A DNA stretch of 64,000 bases, from the NCBI GenBank assembly GCA_043228905.1, contig JBHGNT010000006.1:13144001-13208000 (forward strand), written 5' to 3'. Position numbers and translations under genes: made by a program. Under the pieces are notes generated by a model. The model did not search any database and was not told where the DNA came from. It was given only the letters and a program-made list of their open reading frames with translations. Positions 49,072 through 59,627 of this stretch are shown in pieces; position 1 is the stretch's first letter, and each line of letters opens with the position of its first letter. The stretch comes from Azolla caroliniana (taxonomy: Eukaryota > Plantae > Polypodiophyta).

Positions 49072-50525
49072 CCATTCGAGTTTTTATCCCGCACCATGGA
49101 CTAGAAGATGTCCTGCACAAATATGTTGTCACTGTATCAGGGACATGATAGACGGAAAGTTAATATGCAAGATGATTTAAATGAACTCTCCTGATGCTGT
49201 ACTTGGTATGCCATGATGGTCATTGACATGCAGCTCCTCCCACAAGAGGGCATTCACTGAGATAGACCAATAAAATTGTTCATGGGATCATATTCAGTAG
49301 TGCAGCTAATATTGTGTTTTCATGTTGTGATATGTCTAAAAAGGGTCAATACTCTTTTATTACACTTCATGATGGAATGGGTGTAGTATTTGGAGGCAAT
49401 TGGAAACCTCATTTTGATTTATTGTAGTTATTTTTTATTGCTTGCTTTATTTCCAACCTTCATATCAGTATTTGCTATTCTTTCTGGCTTAACCTTGTGA
49501 TTATCATATGGATCGTTCTTTTTCGAATTGTTGCATATTGATTGCTATTCTTTCTGCCTGAGCTGAGTTTTACATAATTAGATGAACGCAGATTAAGAGT
49601 GTTTTATCAAAATACTGAAGCTAAAAATAGATTTGAAAACAGCATACCCTTCACCATCTTGCAATGTTAAGTTGTAAACGTTGTTTCAACTATCTTTTTG
49701 ATCAGTTGAATCGCTGGAAGGTTCACTTGGAAAGCAGTTTATTTTAGCAATGTATGTTCACATGAGCTGGAAAAGTATGCAGTAATCTGATTGAAAGGGA
49801 AAATATCTCAAACATTTTTCTCATTCCTCATACGTTCAGAGCTCCTGAAGTTGAGAGAAGTCTCATGAACAGCATACCATCTCATGTGAATGAGGGTTTA
49901 GGGTTTAGGAATTGTCACTGATGGGTCTTTAAACTATGTAATATGGATGTCGATTTTGACATCCAAGTGCAAAATCTGTGTTTTAAGTACACATTGGTAT
50001 ATAGTTGGATTGAGCAAGCTGCCTACATCTTCGAGGTATGGGTACATGATGGGTGTACCTGCATTATCCATAATGTCTCAAGTCTTAGTTGAGATGATTA
50101 ATGTTTTTCTGTTTCTTTCCAGGTGTACCTGCATTGTCCATTATGTAGTGAGCAGTGGTGAAGTTCATTGGGACTCTTGGTTTGAACATTGGACTCTCAA
50201 AGCGTGGCTATCTGTGCAAGTTGGTTATGTGAGGTTTTATGTCAAGTAACCAATGTTGCATTTTCAGGAACTTTTAGCATATGACGCAGACAGATTTGGG
50301 CTGATGATTGCCTGGCCTAGTAGATAGGAGGGTCATTTTAAAGCAAAACAAGGCTCTTCTATTTGATACATTGCAAGGTAACACAATGTTATTCTGCGGC
50401 ATTCTCTTATTTCAACAGTTCATCTGCATTTTGCTCATGGTTCTGACTATCTCTATTTATACTCAGTTGTACCTTTTCTCATTGTTTTACAGATACTATA
50501 TGGGGATTGTGATGTGTGCTGATGC

Positions 50526-50527
<2 letters not shown>

Positions 50528-50564
<37 letters not shown>

Positions 50565-51142
50565 AATATTAATGTGTTTTAAGAGGCCAAAATGGCCTAT
50601 AAAACCAAACAAGTGTTGTGTTTTTGAGAAGAACAAATCTAAATAAAATAAATATTACTCAGTAAATATAAAAGTAAATAAGATAAAAAGAGATGAGGGA
50701 ATCTGGTTTTTGGCACATGTGAGATTTTCAAGTTAATATATTGTAGCTTTTGTATTCGAAATATCTCTAGCATAGGTCGATCCATAATGGAGAGGTCTCT
50801 GAAGCGAGGGAAGCACTTGTGATGGCAGGAGATTGGCCTTTATTTATCAATGACAAGGATGCTGAGGTGGTGGTCCATGAGGTTGGGGCCTACATGCATG
50901 ACAAATTGCTAGTCTGATGTATTGTTATCCCTGTGTTATGTCATAGTCGGGAACCCATTTGTGTATCTCTTGCTGTGTTATGTCATAATCGGGAGCCCAT
51001 TTGTTTATCTCTTGATTGACTTGTAGCATTAGGAGTGATGGGGCTAAAGAAAGTTGTGATTATTCTTTGTGGATGACCTTGTGTGTCTATATTATTGTCA
51101 TTCAACATTCCCTATGTCTCTTGAGTTCTAGCAAGATAAGTG
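50528..51142 (-). mobile_element. 5'-truncated LINE 3' end with (TTTC)n tail, minus strand
   Basis: (AAAG)n at 50528-50565; reverse-complement match to 38245-38833. Confidence 0.88.
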
Positions 51143-52584
51143 CTAGGCAATAAATAAAGGTGGAAAGTTAAACCAAAATTTTAGATTAATCGAAAATTTC
51201 TCCAATTCTTTTCTTGTATAGAGGATGATTCCCTCTTTCTCTCTACATTTCACATTCATTTGGTCCCAATCATCTTTGATCTTGGAAGGGCAATAATAAA
51301 TTTTAGATTTGTATAGATGGGGTGATATGCATCGAGTTTTTTTTCTAGTTCTTTTCATGTATATAGAGAATGATTCCCTCTTTCTCTCTACATTCGACAT
51401 TCCATTTGGTTCTACAAATCATCTTTGATCTTGGGAGGGCAGTAATGAAATTTATCGTCAATTTATCTTTTCTTTGACATTTGAACTTGCCTATGGTAGT
51501 ATGCTATATTTCTTTCATTATTGAAGTGAAAACCAATACAATGTTATTACTATTTGAAGTTCTCGTAGATTTGATGACAATTACAAGATATCGTTACAAG
51601 ATATCTTGGTAAGAGTGAATCTACGAATGAAGCATGTACAATGTTCTCTAAAGATGAAATTTTCTTGTGAACCATGGTTTAAGGATTGGTAGTTTGAAAG
51701 CATAGTAGCTAGTAAAGCATGTAAAGGTGGAATGAAGGAGTAACAAAATCCATGCATTAGATGTTAATGCTCTTTCGTAATGGTGTGTAATGTGTAAACT
51801 CTTTGTTTTGGGCTTAACAATAGGTTGTCATTATCTTTGCTTGGGTGAGGCTCTGTTCAGAATAAGGTTCGTAAATCAATTGGTAACCCCCCTAATTGCA
51901 ATTAAACTATCATGCTTCACATTGACTAGGGTGGGGTGAATTTGTATTGATGCATCTTAGAGTCTACAATAGTAAGAGGGGATTTATGAAAGCTATAATT
52001 ATACAAAACTTGGGGCATATAAGGAGTGGTAGTACAATGTCTTCATATGTCTTTAATGCTAATGTTATGGGCCCTCATGGTTTTTGTTTATTTCTTGTAC
52101 ACATCAATAGGTCCGAATGGTTTCTGTTTATTTCTTATACTAATCTAGCTAGGCCAATAGCTGTGGGTTGTCTATGATAACTATTTAGGTAGGGCACTAT
52201 TTTTATTCTTCTTGTTGCTCTAATTATCTCTGTGAATTTGTTTCTAGCGCTCTTAGTATTCCCAATTAGGTTAAAGATATCCAAGTTGCATAGGTTGATC
52301 CTTTAATTTAGTCTAAGTTGAGGTTGCATCACCCATCAACATAGTGATGATTGTACCCAACATCTATTGTTTGGTTTGTGCATGCTTCATCATATCATAA
52401 ATTGGAATATATTCCCTCGTGTAATCTCCACATCAGCTTATCATGTCTTCCATGCCTATGGTGCAAAACCTTTGTGGCAATGTTAGAGTTAGAATATTCG
52501 ATATATCTACCAAGACATTGAATAATGACTTGGTCATCATTATCTTCTTGTCAAACTTCTATTTGTAGCCTTATTGGGACCGGA

Positions 52585-52720
52585 AAAGAGCCACCGTGGG
52601 GACTGATCTATAACTGGTCACCAACCGAGCTTGAAGCTCTTCGAGCCTACATAGAGGAAATTTTGGCAAATGGGTTCATTCGACATTTGAAATCTCTAGC
52701 CAACGCACCTATTTTCTTTG
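52585..52720 (+). pseudogene. Chromovirus (Tcn1-like) RT N-terminal fragment
   Basis: EPPWGLIYNWSPTELEALRAYIEEILANGFIRHLKSLANAPIFFV; continues at 63820. Confidence 0.8.
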
Positions 52721-53371
52721 TGCCACATAGAGATAGAGGATGAGTATCACTTCACATGCAAGTGTTGTTAACCATTCTGTTGGAAACACCTTCGATATGC
52801 CTACAAGCTATTGGTATCAAGGGAAGTGTAACGTGAAGACTTGTGCACGGAGGCGTCGTTAGGGGGAAGAAAACAGAGAGCATACCCGGAATAGAGCCTG
52901 GGTCGTATACGTAATTGAGACCTTAGAAATGACAGCATACAGATGAAAACAACAAGAGCTAATAGATATGTATTACTGCAAACACTTATCGATGATTACA
53001 AAAACATGGCCCACATCCGGTGACCTTACAAAGCTCTTATAACTATGAAACGACCTCGCCTAGGCTCTAGATATCTCTCCCTTGCCGAGGTATGCAGACC
53101 TCGGTTTATATACTTTTTCTTCATACAGAGCCGAGTGGTCGGCTGACTGTGAGGCTCGAAACTCAGCGTTTTCCTAACTCTACCTTCCTTACCTACTCGC
53201 CTTACCTACCGGCGTATTACAGTTAACTAATTTATATTTCTGGCCTATGGACAACACTTGCCACACCCGTGGGACAGGACTTTGTCCGTCGGACCCACGG
53301 TTCACCATGGATTTAGCAAAACAACACAAATTACAAAATTGCCCGTTCCTACGAGGGCTTATAGGTTGGTT

Positions 53372-56300
53372 TTATTCCTCTTCCAATATGCCGAGGATAT
53401 CCTCGGGGGCGTGGGGTTGGGCTGGCTGCTCAGCAGGTGGGGTTGGTGATGGAGGTTGTGTTGCCGAGTTGGGGATGACGATGTTGTTGTGTGTGCCCTC
53501 CTCTGTTGGGACCGATTCAGGCAGGGTCGGGGTTATAGTCTGTGGCTCTGGTCGGATGTGGAGGTCTATAGGGGTAGGTTCCTCCGGTCTAACTGCCGTG
53601 GTGAGTGGCTCGGTTGGGATGTGGAGGTCGGTAGGGGTAGGTTCCTCTGGTCGAGCTGCCGTGGGGAGTGACTCGGTTCCTTGCTCGGTGGTGGTGGGAG
53701 CTTTGTGACTCCTGGTAGCGAGTTGTTCCTCCTCGTACGCTTCGGCTTCTAAACGAAACACCATTAGATCGTCGTTGAATTCCTCCAAGAGTTGCTCGAT
53801 GGCCGCAGTGTGGGATGTTGCCAAGGTATGATATTCCTCCGTTAAGTCTTCACGGAGGGTCTGGATGCTGGTGTCAACCATCTTGTAAAACCCTCGGCCC
53901 TCCTTCCGTCGGTTCTCGGCATCCGCACGTAGTATATGTAGGTCCGCGGCTTGGGCTGACCACCCCTGCCAGACATGGCCAAGCGTTTCTTTGATCTTCG
54001 TGGTGAATTGCTGGCAATACTTGTTGATTAGGGTCTTGATTTTGGTATCGTCCATGCTGATGCTCGCGCAGTGAACTTCCAGTGCCTCCCTTGCGGCCTT
54101 GGCTTCTGCTTGGCTTTTGCGGGCGAAGAGTGCTAAAGTAGTTTGATTATCTTTTGCTTTTTCAGTGATGAGTGCGATGGTCTGCTCATAACGGTTGGTG
54201 AGCTGAGCTACAGTTTCGTCCCTTTCCTGTCGCCAAGCGTCCCGGTGTTGTTCTCTGACGACGATGTGCTCGGTTTGCAACTGGTGATATGCATTGAAAA
54301 TTTTTGCTCGTTGCTCCTTCGAGATCCTCCACTTTTGCATATGTTTGTTGGCCATGTCCTGGAAGGCTCTTTGATGGCGTCGTAATTCCTGGTTGTTTGC
54401 GAAGAGCTCTTGTTCCCGTTGGCTATTCTGCTCGGTTTCTTTGATGAAACGTTCTTTAGCCTTAGAGATAGAGACCTGGAGGGTCATCACCTCTCGTTCT
54501 CGTGCTTCAAGCGTGGCTGACCTTTCAGCAAGCAGTCGCTTGAGGTTCACTTCGCGGCTCGTGGCTTGTTCCCGTAGCTGGCCAAGAATGTTGTTGTGGT
54601 TCTGTTCTGCCAACTCGGCTAGAGCGATCTGGGCTTGAAGCTCCTCCTGGTAGTCCTGAAGGGGAGGCCCTGTCTGGGTTGCCGCTTGCTGGATTTGGGC
54701 TGAGGACTCCTTGTCTGTTTGTGTCGCTCGTTCCATGACGACTAGAGGTGGTGGCGTTTGCATGGAGGCTTGGCTGGTTTGGGGGTGCGGGCTGATATCT
54801 GCCCGTGACGATGGCTCACTTGTTTGTACCGAGTTCGTCATTGTGTTGGCCTCGGCCGTGGCTACCTTGGGGTGGGCGGTGTCGTCTTTGTGTGCATCGG
54901 TACCTTCAACACTCGGGCCCGGGTTCGGAAGAGTGGCTGGTGAGACAATGTCACTCGGTGCAGGGACGCTTAAGGGCGGCTATTGCTGCGTGAATGTCGC
55001 CAGTTTCTCCTCGACGGCTTGCCATAGGTCGGTAGCCCGTTAGGCTTGCTGATGCGCCGTTTTGATACGTCGGGCCATGTCCTTGGCTGCCCGAGTAGTG
55101 TGGTGTAGATTGCGATATGCCTCGACCAAGGCCATGTTCAGATCTGGTAGTTCCATGAGGAACGAAGCATTCTGTGCTTGCTTCTTCCGTCCTATCTTCT
55201 GTAAGGCTCGATCCTCGTGTGGTTCAATTTCACCCATTAGAGCGTGTTGAATCATCTTCGTTTCGGCGTGCTCCTCGGCCATACGAGCGATGACAGCTAC
55301 TTGGGCGCGCGCGAGGAAATCCATTAACTCATAAGTTATGCCCAGTTGAAGTAGTGCACCGAACTCGTATGCCTCCTTGGGGAGATCTTTGTAAACGAGG
55401 ACTTCCTCCTCTGATATCTGCGTGGTTTGTCCACGCTCGATTGTACCGACTTGGAGCCATGACTCCGTTGGTACTATGTCCGTGGAGGTGGGGCTGGCCT
55501 CTTTTGATTTCTGACGCTGGTCGCCTTCGGTTTCGGTGGTTGCCTCTCGAATGATGCGGCGTCCTTTTGGCGGCTGATCCTGTGTGTCCGGGGTCGGTGG
55601 TGTTGGCTCCTCGGCATGTTTCCTCTTTTGCTGCCGGATGGCCGAGGGCTGCTGGCTTGTGGGCCGTGGGCTCGGTTGCGGAGAGGTCATTGATGTCCTT
55701 GGCAGTTTCTGCCATATGGTGACATCCTCGGGGAAGGGCTCCTCGGCCTTGTCCCATTCGACACGGGTCGCTGCTACCGCCCGTTGTCTCTGTGTTTTTG
55801 GTGGGGGTGATGCCGAGGCGGAAGCGGGGTTCCGAACGCCTGAGGGAGGTGGAGAAGACGAGGGGTCTTCCCATTCTTCTTGGGTTATCTCCAAAATCTT
55901 CTCCTGTTGTTTCCTTGGTGGTGGTAGAGAGGTCAGGATGCGACGAGGGGAAACCGAAGGAGGTGGGTAGAGCACTGTAAGGAAGTGATTGATCACAGGC
56001 AACAAACGCTTACCGGTTTGGAAGGATTCGAGCGCCGCACGGACACCTTCGCCTGTGATGATTCCCCAGTCGATTTTGTTTCCCTCGTAGGCACTGATAA
56101 TGATCGCCGCTTTGCTCTGTGGCATACTTGTAGGGTTGGTATGCACGAATGCGTACTCCATCAGGATACGAGCGAGTTCTCTGAATGCCTTGTTGGATCC
56201 ACCGTAGGTGCGATAGGCTTTACCAGATATGGAATACGCACCAAAGTATTCCTTCAGGGTCGTGGAATGGGGAATCTCAACTTCATGATCACCTCCTCGC

Positions 56301-56470
56301 TTCAGGTCCAAGGCAACACGAATCATATTGTTGGTGACTGTATCTGGGTGGATTTGGCGTGCGACCGCTTGGGCATCAGGGTGTGCAGGGGTATCGATCA
56401 CCTTTAAATAACCACCCAATCCTCGTTCCTGAAGCCAGGAGCGGGTTTCCTGTGAAGCTGCAAGAGGCAT
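53372..56470 (-). pseudogene. Extra ORF (~1032 codons) between pol and the 3' LTR, with two in-frame stops
   Basis: ORFs 55040-56470 and 53372-54841 share a frame and are separated only by a TAA and a TAG; N-terminal globular part, Pro-rich linker, long coiled coil. Confidence 0.85.
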
Positions 56471-58912
56471 AATGGACTCGGGGTTCTGTTGTGTGGAAGA
56501 TTGGGGAAGGAGGATGAGACCATGCCGAGACAGAGTGAGGGAAGGAGATGGTTGTGGTGTAGCAAAGGGGCTACGAGGACAAGAGAGGGCTTGTGAGCAA
56601 GAGCGGTGGGAGCGATGAAAGCGCTGAGAGCGAGAGGAGGGTTGAGAGCTTGGGAGCGATGAAGGCTATGTGTGCAAGAAAACGGCTGTGTGTGGGGTGT
56701 GCTTGGGGTAATTGTTTTTTAGCGAACGCCTAGGGTTTTGTGCATGAAGAGGAGCTTGAAGATTCTTGGTCGTGGATGCCATAATAGGATATTATGGCCA
56801 CGTGTCGTAGGGAGTTAGTGTGGTGCCTTGGATGCTGTGCATGTGCCTTTAAATACTTAAGTGAATGTGAAAGTGACTAGTGTGTGCCTCTAAACATGAC
56901 GTGATTTGGGTGATGTGGTAGGTGGTTTAGGTGGAACTAACTAATTGCTAAAACTATGCCTAATCCTACCTAATGTATGCTTTGGAATGTTGGTGGGTTA
57001 TTACCAAGGGGAACACGTGGCCTCCTTTGTGGCATTGTCCGTGCCGTGAGACTCGACGAAAGGGTTGGCTGGGGTATTTCCCTGGTACGGTCGCAGTCGA
57101 AATCCATTCACCCAGCCTTTGACAATTTCCCCGACAAGGGTGCCGAGCTGGAACGTGCCGTTAAACTCGTCAATAATCCAGAAGGGGCCGGTCCATCGAA
57201 ATCGTAACTTTCCTGGCATAGCACTGAGTTGTGTTTGAAAAACGAGGACCGGTTTGCCTATGGTCAGTTCTTGTTCCAATCCTTTCCGATGTCGGTCCAC
57301 AAAGGCTTTCCGTTGTCATTGGCGTTGTTCAAGTTGGGCCATGCTCGCTACTCGGTCCTCGCCAAGTTCGAGGAGTTGTTCCAGCCTCAATTGTTCGGAT
57401 TGGGCCTTGGGGAGCCGTACTTTAACTTGAACTCGGAGACTCGGAACTTGGAACTCGATAGGCATTACGGCTTTGAGAGCAAAAGCCATCTGAAAGGGGG
57501 TGGATTGACTGCTCATTTTGAATGTAGTGCGATAAGCCCATAGTGCACTTTGGAGCTTGTCATCCCAATCGGTGCAGTTCTCGTTGACGATCTTCTTCAG
57601 GATTGTTTGGAGAATTTTGTTAGTTGATTCTGCCAATCCGTTTGCCTGCGGGTAGTATGGTGTACTTTTCTTATGTACAACCGCGTAGTGTGTCGTAAGC
57701 TTGCGTATTATATGGTTTATGAAGTGCCCACCTTGGTCACTAATGAGCTCAATTGGGCATCCATAACGGCACCAGAGATGTTCGTACACGAATTTGGCCG
57801 TGGATGCTATCGTGTTGTCTCGTAAAGCCATTGCCTCGACCCATTTTGTGCAGTAGTCCGTGGCCACGATGATATACTTATTACTGGTTCGGGCTGCGGC
57901 TGGTTTGAAGGGTCCCACAAAATCTAACCCCCATTTTTGAAATGGTTCCAATGGAAGAATGGGTTGGTGTGGCATTCGAGCTTGTTCCATCGGCTGTCCC
58001 AACCGTTGGCACAAGTCGCACTGTCGGCAGAACTCATGGGCATCCTTTTTCGTTGTAGGCCACCATAACCCACTCTGCCATACTTTCCTTGCCGTGGACT
58101 CTCCGGCGTAGTGTCTGCCAGCGATTCCTAGGTGGGCCTCTTGGAGGATGGCCTTCTTCTCGAATTTTCGAATTGCCCGACGCCATATTCCGTCCGAGCC
58201 TTTGTGGTAGAGGATGTCGGAAACGAGACAAAAGTTTCGGCTACGTACTGCGAGTCGTTTCTGCACATTGAGGGCCATGTGGTCGGGAGGCAAGCCAGTA
58301 CTAAGGAAATGGGTCATCTTCGTGATCCATTCATCTTCTTTGTCCTCTGGCAACGTTGTGAGATGAAATAGGCCGGCATCGAGTAAATCGTCATACGTGG
58401 ACTCGGCAAGGTCTCCTGACTCGAGGCGGCTTAGGTAGTCAGCGACGACGTGTTGGACTCCGGGTCGATGCTGTATATGAAAATCAAACTCTTGTAACAG
58501 GAACATCCATCGAGCCAGTCGACCTGTCAGGGTTTGTTTATTGACCAGGTAAAGGAGGGCCGAGTGATCGACGTGAAATGTGAATTTTCGGCCTAGGAGG
58601 TAATGGCGAAATTTACTGATGCTGTAGATCATACCGAGGGCCTCTCGTTCGGTGGTTGAATAGTTCTTTTCCGCAGCCGAGAGACGTCGGCTAGCATAAT
58701 ACACTGGCTGATACCAATTTGGGGGCGTGCATTGCATAAGTGCGCTCCCGATGGCGATATCTGATGCGTCCATGAAGACGTGAAAAGGTTCCGACCATAT
58801 CATGGGCTGTACAACTGGGGCATGCGAGAGCATTAATTTCAAACCTTGGTAAGCCTCGTCCTCGATTGAAGTCCATTGAAAGGGGAGTCAATGCCCCGCC
58901 GTGTGTAGTGTT

Positions 58913-59627
58913 TGTTGGGAGACAGGTCCCTCCGGATGGGAAGAGAAAAGAACAGTGCTGATGAACAAACTCGGCTACGGAGAGCCGGATGATGCAGACC
59001 CGGTGAAGACCGGATAAGGAGTACCCGGCTACGGAGAGCCGGATGATGCAGACCCGGTGAAGACCGGATGAGGAGTACCCGGCTACGGAGAGCCGGATGA
59101 TGCAGACCCGGTTAGGACCGGATGAGGAGTACCCGACTACAGAGAGCCGGATGGTGCTAACCCGGTGAGGAATGCTCACTGGACGAAGAGACATATTCGT
59201 AAATATGTTTCTAAGAGCCCATCGAGGCTATATTTGTAAATAACCGAAAAGTCATATTAGTATAAATATGACTTAGGGCAACCTTTTATGTTATTATTGT
59301 TATTCTTGTTGGTGCAAGAAAAGAGAGAGCGCGTAACTGTGTACAGAGAGAGAGAAAGTGGTCGTTGCCTCTGGTGTAACCGCCGCCTGTGGCGAAGATC
59401 GTGAGCACGAGGTTGTTGCCTCCGTGAACTCACTGTTGTACATTCTAGCATAGTGATAGTTTGTAGCCTGTGGGCTGCCGTGGTTTTTCCCTCTTTGGGT
59501 TTTCCACGTAAACATCCTGTGCACTCGTTTCTTCTTCGTGTCATGTTTTATTTCCCGTTTTTCTGTGGATGATTCTAAGCTCGGTTGTGGCCGAGCGTTG
59601 TGCAAAAGGAGCCTTGAGTTCCCGACA
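58913..59627 (+). mobile_element. Solo LTR (Copia-type motif) inserted at the end of the Athila-like RT
   Basis: TGTTGGGA...TCCCGACA termini; perfect 5-bp TSD GTGTT (58908-58912, 59628-59632); TATAAATA at ~59261. Confidence 0.92.
58972..59168. repeat. 54-bp tandem repeat, ~3.6 copies, in the U3 of the solo LTR
   Basis: CGGCTACGGAGAGCCGGATGATGCAGACCCGG... starting at 58972, 59026, 59080 and 59134. Confidence 0.93.

Noticed and set aside
49893-49909. AGGGTTTAGGGTTTAGG telomere-like motif (also GGGTTAGGGTTAGGG near 62667)
   Set aside because: Only about two units; the second encodes PNPNP in gag. Not evidence of a telomere or fusion.
50268-50527. Exon-like segments 50268-50377 and from 50492
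   Set aside because: Good splice signals but an in-frame stop and a LINE insertion right after; may be UTR exons and cannot be supported as CDS.
58972-59168. 167-aa repetitive ORF 58691-59194 and a CRISPR-like look
   Set aside because: Both arise from a 54-bp (multiple of 3) tandem repeat within a solo LTR.
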